In this document: piece after piece, positions 47,580 through 60,906 of the stretch
How positions within the stretch are numbered: the first letter of the stretch is position 1
Layout: every line of letters begins with the position of its first letter
NCBI GenBank assembly: GCA_016748015.1
Contig: JAAOMT010000523.1
Span: 1,351,595 to 1,415,594, forward strand
DNA: 64,000 bases
Direction: 5' to 3'
From: Geosiphon pyriformis uo1
Taxonomy: Eukaryota; Fungi; Glomeromycota
The notes under the pieces: generated by a model
What the model saw: the letters and a program-made list of their open reading frames with translations, nothing else
What the model was told of the DNA's origin: nothing
Databases searched by the model: none
Made by a program: the position numbers and the translations under genes

Positions 47580-49771
47580 TAGTTCTAGGAATTCGAGTTC
47601 TAGGGTTGACCAGTATCCGAATTCTACTGGCATAATTCAGATGGTTGTTGTGAAGAACTGGAAATCAGTTGATGGACCACCATCGCCAATCTTCAGCTTT
47701 GTTGAGTCATTCTTGGTCTTTGTGTTCCATTGGGTGATAAGTTTTGGAGTGGTGTTTGAATTTGTTGGGATTGATATATTATTTGCAGCTGTGGTTGTTG
47801 ATAAATTACTTGTGGCTGCGGTTAATAAATTGGAGCTAGATATACTGGTGGTTAATACATTGATTGCTGCGTCATTGGTGCATAATAAGGTAAGTATTGG
47901 TATTGTTCTTGATTTTGCTGGGAACTCGGAGCTGGGAACCAGCGATCAGGGTTTCGATATTGATTTCCTGATCGTTGGTTATTTAAACATTGGCAGTAAT
48001 CAATTTGTATGTGTTCTTGTCTACCACAATAGTGGCAAACATGCATTTTTTGTTGCCACTGTTGATTGGCCGGAAATGATAGACGTGACTGATTTTGGAC
48101 ATGATTGGAGTTTCTCTGATTGTTGCATTGTTGTGGTGGTTGATAGATTGCTCAATTGTTAGCTAAATACTCCTCTAATTTTTGATTAATGGAATCACTA
48201 AATTGTTTCAATCTAGAATCCAATTTAGATGATCTATTCATTATTAGATTAACAGCTTGGGTGTGGTTAGCTTTGAGTTCGGCTGCTTCAAAATCTCTGG
48301 TGTTAGTGATGGCTGCTTGTAAATCTGCTGGGTGTAGTAGATGTATGCACTGGAAGATACTACTGCATAAGTTTCTGATAAATTGATTCAAAATAAGGGC
48401 CATTGTAAAATAATCAGCATTGATAACTTGGATCTGGTGCAGGCATCTATAGAATTATCCCAAGTATGTGGTAACAGCTTCAGTGTCCCCTTGTTTAATG
48501 GTAGTGAAAGTATTTACCAAATGATTGATACTATTATTATTACTGAAGTATCTTAGGAACTCCTGTTTAAATGCATTGAATGTTTGAGGTTTTGTGGCTA
48601 AGCTTTAATACTATGAATCCGCAGTATCTTGGAGGAAATATGGAATTGTCTGAAGAGCTCTATCGTTGTTCCAATTGTTTGCCGTAATTGCTTTGACAAC
48701 GTTATTCAACCAAGCTTGAACATTATCCTCTTTACTGGTGAATTTTTCTAATTTGGCGATTGGTGCATAGGCCATTGGTACTATAGGTTGCTAGGGCTGT
48801 TGAGGCGGCTGTTGCTGAAGTTGTTGAAAAGGTAACAATTGTTGGGGTGGTACTTGAAGTGGTTGAATTGGCTTACTGATTGGCTCAATTAGTGGTTGAT
48901 CAATGACAATAATTGGAGGTAGGTTTTGCTGATGAATTAAATCAGGGTTTTGATTTCTTTGATTTGGTAGGGTGTGAATATTCAGAGTTTTGATTTCCAA
49001 ATTTTCTAGATTTAGATTTTGCTGAGTTTGAAGATTTGGGGTTTCAACTTCTGGGTTTTTAGTGATTGGATGCTGGTAAGTGAATTCTTGATCCTTTAAT
49101 TCTTCTTCCTCTTTTTCTGATTCCGTTACTTCTCATGGATCAGAAATTCTGAAATTTGGTGGAGGCAGTAGTGATCAAAGTTCTGATGGGGTTGATGATC
49201 GTAAATTAAATCCCTTAAAGTATTCGCCATATGGTCTTAATAATTCTGTTTTCTTTTGTCTACTTTGAAATGGAAATTGTTCAAATACTGCTGTCGTAGT
49301 TGATGGAAACACATCTGTTGATAATATGTTGATGGCACTTCTAAGTGTATAGTGATAGGATGGGTTGTTTGGGAATTCAATTCTGTTTTTCTTCCAAGTA
49401 GGTAATTGTATTTTTCTGGATGTTACTGCTGGTGTTTGTAGTTTTCTTTTGCCTTTACTAGTGTATGTAATTGGATATCTTTGTTGGATGTGATGTTCAA
49501 TTTCTTTGTTGATCTCAGTGATGATGGATGCAAAATTATGATTTGTTGGTAGGTTGGTGTTTTGAATTAATTCTCTATAGAAAGTTTCCCTTGCTAATTC
49601 AGTATTCACTGGTGTTCTTAACAAAGAGGAAATTTTTTCGTTGATGTAGAAATTGAAGGCTGATTTAGTGGATATATGATTGTGGTTTAATCATAAGTAT
49701 TGACAATAGTGTTGAAATAAGAATTTTGCGAATCCTAAATGGTTTGCTCCTATATTTTTTGATTCTGCCAC
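47580..49771 (-). pseudogene. gag of A2
   Basis: Homologous to A1 gag; knuckle CHYCGRQEHIQIDY(C). Confidence 0.88.
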
Positions 49772-49833
49772 TTTTGGATGGTGTTTGTTGGTGTGGGTTT
49801 TCTGTAGAATTATACCTCACAGAGAGCACCAAA

Positions 49834-50738
49834 TGTTATAGGTGATTATTTCTGCTGTGGAATTAAATAACAACCCCATAACTTGGTGCTCAAAAGCTAT
49901 CTTGATTTCTGTTGATGTTAGTATTAGTAATCTGAAGGTTTTGATATCTGAAGGTTTTGGGTTAAGTTCTTTGTATAATGAACAGAGATTCAATTGTAAT
50001 TGTAATAATCTTCGGAATTGCAATTCCATCCAATTTTTTTCTCAATGTGGAGGCCAGATTTATTCTGGCAGTTGTGCCTTTCTGGTAAACTATCCAATAA
50101 TATATAAAATTCTACTCTTATTTCTGGGTCTTTTACCAGGCTATCCGTGATGTCAATAACTCAGCGCTTTTAATCCTTAATCAATTAGTATAAAACAACA
50201 AAGCAAAGACAGAAAAGAAAAGAAAAGAAAGAAAGCAAATAATATAAAATAAAGCAAATAAGCCAAAATGATTCTGATTTGTATTCTGTCAATAGCCATG
50301 ATTAAGAGCTATTGTTCCAGTATAGTTAAGTATTAGTTACTATCAACACTTCATGTTGATAGTAAAGAAGGAATTTGATATAGTGAATAATTATTTTATT
50401 TGAGAATTGTAGTAACTAAGCTAAGAATTCTTGGTATTGATTCTGTCTTTTTCTGTTTCTAATACTACTGTTATATATATATATTTGAGATTCCTCAATT
50501 CCTCAATTTCTTGCAACAAGAATCTTGGAATTTCTGAAATTCTGCGATTTCTGATGAGAGGAATCCTGAGATTCTGGAATCCTGCAATTCCTTGTCAGAG
50601 AATCCTAAAATTCCTGGAATCCTGCAATTTCTCTGAGAAGAATCTTGGAATTCCACATTTACTACATTTACATCCCATTGGCTAATATCTATTGACTAAT
50701 AATAATAATACTATATTTTCTATATTCTATAAGTAATA
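49834..50738 (-). repeat. 5' LTR of A2
   Basis: Adjacent to the PBS; on the + strand it ends GTAATA (eroded GTAACA) before TSD GCAT. Confidence 0.97.
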
Positions 50739-53700
50739 GCATCATCACATCGCCAATGTCATTCATCGCAAAAATTTGAATGTTAATTGGATTAAGATTA
50801 AGGGCCATTCGGGTGTTTTAAGCAACATGCATGCTAATGTGCTGGCTAAGGATGCTGCTCTTTCTGCCTGGCACTTGCCTCACTTAGTTAGTGAAAGGTT
50901 TTTGAAGGCTGGTGTTGATATGGTTTCTGGTAATTTGAGACATTTTGTTCATAACATATTCAGGTCAATCCATTGTGCACATTGGGAGATTGGTTCTGGT
51001 TCTTGGGTTGTTTCAGGTTGTTTGCATGCTAATATTGACTGGTTAAAGTCTTCTCTAGTGTAGCATCCGGATTCTCACATGGCAACTGGTTTTACTAATG
51101 TTTAGATGGCTGGTTTTTGCACATATTTTATGAAAGCCCTTTATCATTGCCTTTCTGTAGCTGTGCGAAAGTGTCTGTATAATAGGGGTTATTCCAGTGT
51201 AGTTTGTTTGTTCTGTGGTAAAGTTGAAATCTCAGACCATGTTTTTTTTTGCTCTTCTAACACTGATATTCGCACCAGTTTGTTGAACACTTATGCAGCT
51301 GCTTGGAAGGTGCGTTCTGGTCTGTCTCACTCTTTTTCATGCATATTGCAGTTGTTGTTGACTTGCATTTCAAATGTGACTGTCAGTATGGCCCTGTGTA
51401 AGGGCTTTCAGTGATTGGTATCATAAAGCTGTTTCTGTTTACAAGGATCCTAAAGTGGCAGTGGTTAATATTGTGAATTTTGTATGTGAGTTTTGTCTTG
51501 CATTTCATGATGATATCTGGCTGGTCTGTGCAAAACACCAGGTTATTATGGAGAGGAATAAGTTGATTCCACATGATGGTTCTATTTTTGTTGCTGTTTC
51601 TGGTTTTTCTACATGGCTTTCGGCTGGGGTGATTAAATTGTTGGATGTTGCTGATGCACTTGGCATTAGTTTTGGATATTGTAAGCATTGTTTGTTTTAT
51701 GCAGATGTTGGTAACATGGCTTCTGTTCATATAAGTGCATAGTGTTGTTTTGACTAGTCTGAGTGTCTGGTCACGTGTAGCAAAGGCATGATTCGTGCCT
51801 AGTTTAGATTATTTGTATGATGTATAGTACTAAGTAGCATTTAGACTTCACTCACTAAACTTTTAATAATAAAATAATAAATCCAAACCATTTTTGCTTA
51901 ATTATAAGACTATTATTAACTCTAATATTACTGTTATAAAAAACTTTTAAAAATTTTGGCTTTAGTGTTGGTGTCAAATCTGCCATATCTAAAAAGAAAA
52001 AAAAGATAATATTAATAACAGAGAGATTTTTGTTAAGAAATTAAGTAATTGTTTATAAAGTTCAGAGATTGGTAATATTACTAAATCTAATAGTATTGAC
52101 ATAGAAGAAAAGTGTCTGGTTAAAAAAATCAGCTTTGATTATAGTGAAAATAATGCTTTTACTAAAGAGAATTCTAATTAAATACCTAAAAGTTTATGGA
52201 TAAAAACCAAGAAAACATTAAAAAAACCATTAAAAAAAATTAATTTCTTAAGTAATAATGATAATAACATTCTGTTGGATGCTTTTTTAATGTTTTTCCT
52301 CTCTTTTAAAAACTTGGTTAATGTTTTTGTTAGAAAATCTTTTACTTTGAATATCGGGCTAGACAAGGTTGCTGGCAAAATATCACAAGAGAAATACATA
52401 ATTATTGAAAAATTATTTTTAAAAATCAATGGTTTTGAAGAGTATTTACCTCTTCAAAATTTGCTGGAATTATCAGAGCAACTTTTATTTTTAAATCAAG
52501 TTTAATATAAGCTATTAAAAAAACTAAAAATGCAAAAATTCTGGTAAACACCAATCTCAAAAAATTTTCTGTGTATTCAAATTGGACTGTAATATTAAAA
52601 AAATCTCAATTGGTATTTTAACTAAAACTGTACATGCTGCACTTTCTAAATTCAGGTTAATTAAGTCAATCAAAATACAATTAATAAGACTGTAGCAAAA
52701 AGCTGTGGTCAAATTAAATGAAGCAGATCATGCTAATTTAGTCACAACAAGATAGTTTGTTTTAATTAGAAAAAATACAATACATATAGCTAGGGCTAAT
52801 AAAAACAAAAAATCATAAAATACAAAAGATAATTATAAAGCATTGTTATATACTCTATTAATAAGAACAAATGCACATAATATTTGAAATTACATTAATT
52901 TAGTAGATAGGAAAACATGTGTTATTAATTATTATTTAGTTATATATGTTTGAGCCAAATGTGCAGTTGTTTGTTTTAATTCTGTCACATTATTAAATAC
53001 TGTTATGGGAATCACACTAGTGTTAAAAGGTGCTAATTTATACTGGTCTTATTTAGACTCTACCAAATATGTTAAGTAAGAGAATTTAAGTCATATGTTA
53101 TTGGACTGTTCTGTAAATAAAAATTTTTTTTTTGGTGTTTTATCTTAAAAAATATTGTTGAATACAAATAAAAGCAGACTGGCAGTTATCTATGCCAAAT
53201 ACTTGGCTTTTGTTACTCATTTAATTGCTTTTGGCAGTGTTTTTTAAGCAAAGATTGTTGATAGATTTTTTTTTTCTCTTTCTGCACATAATAGTGTATT
53301 AGATTCTGGTTTTTTCTAAAGATAAAGTCTATCTTGTTAGTTTCTAATAAATTGAATAGTAGGTTTGCTGCTCTTGAACACAGTTTTGTTAGTCTTGCAA
53401 AGCAAGTTAGTAAGCTGGCTAAGAGGTTAAATATATTTAGGCCAATGGTTTTTTAGTCTAGTTCTAAATGTCAGCCATTAGTAACTTTTTTATTACAAAA
53501 TCAAGAAATAGATATAGTAATAAGTAAGAATTTGGGTGTGATTACTAATGGTAAAACTGTAATAAAAGTAGTATTAATAGATTAAGCAACTGTCAAGAGA
53601 TTTGAAAAGAAATTAAACAATTTGTCAAATATGGTTATGGACTTGTTAATTAAGTTAAACAATAAAAGTTTGAATTCAGATATTTCTTTTTATCAATAAG

Positions 53701-56040
53701 TAGTATGATTTGGTTTATTGTTACATGTAATATTAGAGATATGAACAATTCTACAAAACAAAAGGATACTATTTATTGGCATAAGAATATGAACAATTTG
53801 ATTTTGATTGTTACTAAAACAAAACTAAAAAGAAAGATCTGCACTTGAATTGTTAATAAGTTTGATGATGTTTGTATATTTGTTTCTGGTATGAACTCTG
53901 GCTACTTGAGTTTTGGTGTTGTAATTATTATAAATGTTGTCTTAGCAAGACATGTGTATAAAATTTCTAAAATTCTTGGTCACTTTTTTTCTGTTAAGTT
54001 GCTCTTTAAAAATAAACTTTCTGTATTAATTCTGAGACTATATACTAGTACAATATTAACAATGTGTTTATCTTAAGCTGAAAAAATTAACTCTTTAATT
54101 GTAAAAACTGTAAACAAATCCTCTTTTGTTATCTTAGGTAGTGATTTCAATAAAGGTGGTTCTTATAGATATGCTAGTTTTAAGAGATGCCTTAGTTTGG
54201 GACTGGTCAATTCATTAGTTCGGAGCTCAATTGCAAAAACATTAACATAAATAAATTTTAGAGGTGTCATAAAAACAATTGATTACATTTTTGTTTTTTC
54301 AAATTTGATTAGTATAGTAGTAAATCATAATATAGTGAATGTTAGTAATTACTTTGACACTAATTACCAGACTATTTTTGTTTTTATAAGATTAGGTGAC
54401 TTATTAGATATGCAATTAAATTTTTTGTGCAAATAGGCAAATAAAAAAAATTGAAAGTTTGACACTAAAAATACCAATGAAAAAAAATAAATTAAGTTCA
54501 AAAATGCTATAGTAACTAATACAACAATATTTTCTGACAAGTTTATTACCTCTAAGAGGTTCTTAGATCTAAATGTAATATGAAATATAGTTTGCAAGAT
54601 AATATGTCTTTTAACTAACAAGATATTCAGAAAAAAATGGTTTAAGAACTTTGATAGTATTTTTATCAAAGTCTTCTTTAAGTTTCATAAATTGGAAATC
54701 TTGGTATTAAAAATTGTCAAGTTTTTACGTGTGAATACTGATAATAAGTTTGCTTATTTAATGAATTGCTGGACTTTTTTGAATAATAATTAGTTCTCAA
54801 ATATTGAGATTCTATTAGATTTAATGCTGGTTTTAATTATATACATTCTGCTTTTTTTGGTACAAAAAAATCATATTATATTTGCAAACTTGCCAAGTTT
54901 CTAAGAGCTAAAAAAATAAACATTAAATCTGTTATCAATAAGAGAATAAAAAATTTTGAAATCAATAAAAGTCATATTATTAGAAATGTATTAAAATATC
55001 TCTTTTAGAAGATAGTTTTGGATCATTTAATTGTAAATAATAAGTTGATTCTTAATCTAATTGAAGTCAAATCTACTGTTAATATAATAATAAAGGATTG
55101 AACAAGGAAAAAATTGGTAATGAATGGTGTTTTTAACATATGAAATTGTTAATATTTACTATTAAAGTATATCAATAATAATGCTTTTTTTAGTGTTATA
55201 ATTGCTGTTAGTTTTGATAAATTATAGTGCATAATAAAGAATCTACTTGACAAAAAAACTGCTAGTTAGTCTGGTATTATCAACAAACTATAGATGCATA
55301 ATAATGCCTCTATTTTTATGATGCTCTTAGATCTTTTGAACTCTTATTTAATATGTAAATTTGTGTTTTGCTCATAGAAAGAAGCTTGGGTGTTAATAAT
55401 TCCTAAGTCTTATGAATAAAACAAGGTTTTAACTAATATTAAACCAATTGCCTTGATTAAAACTGCTTATAAAATTTTTTTTTAAAATACTCTTTAATAA
55501 GATTTTATTGGTTTGCAGTAATTTTAATGTTCTTTGTGATGATAATTTTTTTGTGCTAAAGAGCACTTTTACTCAGTCTTTTATTTTTGTTGTAGGCTTA
55601 ATAATTGAGGATGTTTTGAAAAAAGATTGCAAACTTTGATTTGTTTTATAAAATATGTGGAAAGTTTATAACTCTATTAAGTGGTATTATTTTAGGAATA
55701 GTTTTGGTTTGGATTAAAATGTGTAAGAATTTCATCAGGTTTTTTGACAGTATTTATAATAATAGAATAAACTGAATTATAACAAATTATGGACTTACTA
55801 ATAAATACTATGTACATAATAGTTTAGACTAAGGCAAAGTTTTTTCTTCTCTGCTTTGAAAAATCTTTTATGATCTTCTTTTATGTAAAGTTAAGAGATA
55901 TGAAAGCTTTTATGATTACCATATTGATACTAGATTTATTGTCAAAACTGACAAAATAAAATTACAGAATAAATTGTGTTTGTTTCTAGTGGCTAGTGCT
56001 TTTGTTGATAACACAATTTAGGTAGAAAATAGTTAGACAG

Positions 56041-59000
56041 TGTTATAAGTAATTATTTGAAGTCTTAAATCAAATAACAAACTCATAACTTGGTGCTTAA
56101 TTGCTATGTTGGCATTGATATCTGAAGTTTTGTGGATCTGAAGGTTTTGTTGTGGAGTTTTTTGTATAATAGACAGAGATTTAATTGTTGTTTCAGTAGC
56201 CTCCCAGAATCACAATTCTGTTGAATTTCTTTTTCAGCATGATGTCTGGTAATTCTTCTGGTAAGCTATCCTCAAATCTATAAGTGTTTTACCCTTGTTT
56301 TATGGGTCTTTTACCAGTCTTTATGATGTCTGTACTTCAGCACTTAATCTTTAATCAATTAGTAAAATCCAAAAGAAATAACAACAGAAAATAAGAAAAA
56401 ATAAAAGAGAATAAAGAAATGAGTAACAGCAATTGCAAATTAGTATCCCATCAATAGCCATGATCAAGAGCTATTGTTCTAGTATGGTTAAGTATCAGCT
56501 ACTATTAATATGAAGTGTTGATAGTGGAGAATGGATTTGAGATAGAGAATAATTATTTATTGAATTGAAAGATTGCTTAGATCAAATCTAAACTGCGAGG
56601 TCTGTCTTTTCTACTTTTAATACTACTACTATATATACATAATTGAGATTTTTTAATTCCTCAATTTTTCACACCAGGAATCCTGGAATTCTAGAATCCT
56701 GAAATTTTTGGAATCCTGCAATTCTTTTGAGAGGAATCCTAGAATTCCAAATTTATTACAGTTACTTCTAATTGGCTAATTTATATGTTAATATACTTCC
56801 TATATTCTATAAGTAACATTATTTCTTTCTTTTTAATATTAAGCTCTGTCAAGATCTTTTAATTCTAATTCTTCATCTTTAAGTATTTTTTGAACTTTTT
56901 TTTCAAGAATTATTTGTGCTATCTTATTCTGTAAATCTTTGAATTGCACATTTGTTATTTTTTTTATTTGGTTAATGGTAATAGAATCCATTTCTGGATT
57001 GAGTAAGATTTTTGGTCGATCTTGAAATCAAGTGTGTAGCTGGTAAATGGCTTTTGCTTGTGTGGTTAAATTGTTTTTTCCCACAAATTGTTTTAGTTGA
57101 TGCAGTATTGTTGTGTCAAATAGTCATTTTGTTTTATTCATGTACAAGCTCTAAATGTTCAAGTGTTGTCCCAAATAAAAGTAATAAAAGTTTCTTGGAA
57201 ATTGTTGTATCTACTAATTCCAAGTTTCTATGGTTAACTCTTAATATTGGGTGATTTTTTGTTGTGTTTCTATTGCCAATTTCACTTTTGTGATTATTTT
57301 GTTAACAGTGTTTTCTGTTTTTCTCTGTATTTTCTCTCATGATCTTTTTTTGGTATTTGTATATTTAATAGTTTGTTGGTTGATTGTAATTTCTATTTCC
57401 TGTTGTTGGATTAGTTGAAAAAATTGTTGTGCTAGTAAGTAAATATTATTAGTAATCTCTATTTTCTGCTGTTTTTGTCACATATACTATGTCTTTATAT
57501 ATTCCTTGGTTGATCAATTTTACATGTTCTGTTCAATGATTATAATTGGTTCTAGATCTCATGGAATCTTATTTGGTTTGACTAGTATTTTCTGTATTCT
57601 TAATTGTAAAATATTATTGGTAGATGATATTATTGTACTGTGATATTGTTTCAGTTGATTACCATGTATTGCTTTAATTAAGATTTTGTTATTTAACCTT
57701 AATTTATAAGCTTTATTTTCAAGAATTTTTTTTATGTGAAATGGTCCATCCTATTTGGAGTCAAATTTTCCACTCTATTGTTTCTCTGCTTTGGTATGAT
57801 GTAGAAGTACTTTGTCTCTAATCTTGAATTCAACTGGTTTCTCTAATAGTTGGTTATTATGTCTTTCTTTCTGTTTTTCTTGTGACTTTTAAATGTTATC
57901 AGCTGCTTTTTGCTGTGTGTTTTCTAGTGTCTCCATTAAGTCATATGTTTTTCTCAACAGTGTTTTTTAAAAATTCTTTTCTGTTATTGATTCTGTTAAA
58001 TATGTCTTAACTTTTGGGTTCCATTTTGAGGTAAAGTTTTGTGGTGGTGTTTGAATTTGTGGGGGTTGATAGATTACTTAAGGCTGTGGCTAATAGATAG
58101 ACTGGAACTGTGGTTGATAAATTACTGGTATTGTTGGCTAATAAACTGGTGGTTGATAGATTGGCTGTTGTGTCATAGGTAGGTAATTCAGTTGATACAG
58201 TTTTGAGTTTGATTAATAATTTGGAGTCTAAAACCTGTGATTGGGGTTTTGATATTAATTTCCCAATCATTGGTTATCTAGTTTTAACCTACAGTCAATT
58301 CTCAAATGTCCTGGTTTACCACCATAATGGCAAATATGTATCTTCTGCTGCCACTGTTGATTGGTCAAGGATGATGGACATGACTGATTCTGGGGACAAT
58401 ACACAGTTCCTTAATTATTGCATTGTTGTAGAGATTAATAAATTATTTGATTGTTAGCTAAGTATCTCTTTAATTTTTTATCAATGGAATCACTGAATTG
58501 TTTTAGCTTAGAATCCAATTCAGATAATCTGTTCATTACTAGATTGATGACTTGAGCATAGTTGGCTTCAAGTTTAGCTGCTTTAAAATCTTTGGTGTGT
58601 ATAACTGTGGCTTGAAGATCTGCTAGATGCATTGAACATATGTATTGTAGGATGCTACTGCATAATCCACAAATAAACTGATTCAGGATCTGGGCTGCAG
58701 TAAAGTAATTGGCATTAATGACTTGTATTTGGTGCAAATTTCAATGAAAATATTCCAGGTAAGTTGTGATTGCTTCAGTATCTCCCTGTTTGATGGTAGT
58801 GAAAGTATTGGCCAAGCAATTAATGTTGTTGTTATTACTAAAATATCTTAAAAATTCTAATTTAAATGCATCAAATATTTGAGGTTTCTGAACTAGGCTA
58901 TAATACCATGAGTTGGCAGCATCTTGAAGAAAATAGAAAATTGCTTGAAAGACTTTGGTGTCATCCCAGTTATTGGTAGTGATAGCTTTGGCAATGTCAT

Positions 59001-60906
59001 TAATCCATGTTTGGACATTGTTTTCTTCACCAGAAAACTTTTCTAACTTTGTGATGGGTGTGTATGCCATTTGTGCAATTGGTTGTTGTTGTGCTAGTGG
59101 TGGTTAAAGTTGTTGTTGCAGCTGTTGAAGTGGTTGTTGTGGTTGTTGTGGTGGTTGTAATGGTTGTTGAATAGGTTGCTAAAGTGGTAACTGTTGAATT
59201 GGTTTGATAATTGGTTTAACTGGTGGCTCATTAATGACAATTACTAGAGGTAAGTTTTGCTGATTAATTGTTTTGAGGTTTGAATTGTTTAAAGGTTGCT
59301 GGGTTTAAATGTTCAGAGTTGTAACTTCCAGATTTTCTGGAATTGGGTTTTGGTAAGTAAATTCTTAATCTTTACTTTCTTTTTCTTTTGATTCAGTTAC
59401 TTTCCATAAATTCGTGGTTCCAAAATCTGGTTGAAGTGGCAGTAATCAAAATTCTGATGGTGTTGGTGATTGCAATTTAAATCTTTCAAAATATTTGCCA
59501 TATGGTCTTAATAACTCTGCTCTTTTTTGTTTACTTTGTAATGGAAATTGTCCAAAGATTAATATCATGATTAATGTAGATGCATCTGCTGAAAAGATAT
59601 TGATGGCACTTCCTGGTGTATAATAATATAATAGATTAGTTGGTAATTCAACTCTGGTTTTCTTTCAAGTAGGTGGTTGTATCTTTTTGGGTATTACTGC
59701 TGGTGTTTGCAACCTTCTTTTGCCTTTGTCTGTGTAAGTGATGGAAAATTGTTGTTGAGTGTACTTTTTAATAGTTTGATTAATTTTTCTGATAATTGGT
59801 GTGAAACTGTAATTTCTTGGTAAGCTGGTATGTTGAAACAGTTCTGTATAGAAATTTTCTCTTGCAGATTCAATGTTAATCATTTCTTCTAAGCAATCCA
59901 TAATTTTATCATTGACATAGAAGTTAAAGGCTAATTTTGCTAAGAAATAGTTATTGTTTAATCCTAGTTGTTGGCTGTACTGTTGAAACAAGAATTTGGC
60001 GAATTCTAAATGGTTTGCTCTTATGATTTCTGATTCTGCCACTTTTAGATGATTGTTGTTGGTGCTGGTTTTCTGTAGAATTATACCTCATAGAGAGCAC
60101 CAAATGTTACAAGTAATTATTTGAGGTCTTAAATCAAATAACAAACCCGTAACTTGGTGCTTAATTGCTATATTGGCATTGATATCTGAAAGTTTTGTGG
60201 ATTTGAAGATTTTGTTGTGGAGTTCTTTGTATAATAGACAGAGATTTAATTGTTGTTTCAGTAGCCTTCTGGAATCACAATTTCGTCAAATTTTTTTTTC
60301 AGCATGATGGCCAGTAATTCTCTTAATAAGCTATTCTTAAATCTATGAGTGTTCTATCCTTGTTTTATGGGTTTTTTACCAGTCCCTATAATATCTGTAC
60401 TTTAGCACTTAATATTTAATCAATTAGTAAAATCCAAAAAAAATAACAACAGAAAATAAGAGAAAATGAAAGAAAATAAATAAATGAGTAACAACAATTG
60501 CAAATTAGTATCCCATTAATAGCCATGATCAAGAGTTATTGTTTCAGTGTGGTCAGGTATCAGCTATTATTAACATAAAATATTGATAGTAGAAAGTGGA
60601 TTTGAGATAAAAAATAATTATTTATTGAATTGGAAGGTTGCTTAAATCAAATCTAAACTGCAAGATCTGTCTTTTTTATTTTTAACACTACTGCTATATA
60701 TACATAATTGAGATTCCTCAATTCCTCAATTTTTCACACCAGAAATTCTGGAATTCTGGAACTCTGCAATTTCTTGTACAAAAATCTTGAAATTCCTAAA
60801 ATCCTGCAATTTTTCTGAGAGGAATCCTGAAATTCCACATTTACTACAGTTATTTCTAATTGGCTAATTTATATGTTAATATACTTTCTATATTCTATAA
60901 GTAACA
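56041..60906 (-). mobile_element. Gypsy family A copy A3, non-autonomous (gag fused to INT C-terminus; PR, dUTPase, RT, RH and INT core deleted)
   Basis: LTRs 56041-56818 and 60105-60906; TSD ACAG at 56037-56040 and 60907-60910; deletion junction near 58006; ORF3 at 56833-57490 retained. Confidence 0.95.

Larger units (their letters stand above)
40493..50738 (-). mobile_element. Ty3/Gypsy family A copy A2, structurally complete, decayed
   Basis: LTRs 40493-41397 and 49834-50738 (both 905 bp); TSD GCAT at 40489-40492 and 50739-50742; PBS, PPT and all domains present. Confidence 0.97.
39092..51870 (+). mobile_element. 5'-truncated LINE-3 (RT from the FVDD motif, RNase H, zinc finger, 3' UTR), interrupted by A2
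   Basis: Starts SFLATGAFVDDTI. ORFs 39227-40006 and 40121-40483 (VYTDGSL), resuming at 50743 (WIKIKGHSG) to VHISA* at 51742. Approximate TSD AATATGATAAAT (39080-39091) / AAAATAATAAAT (51871-51882). Confidence 0.92.
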
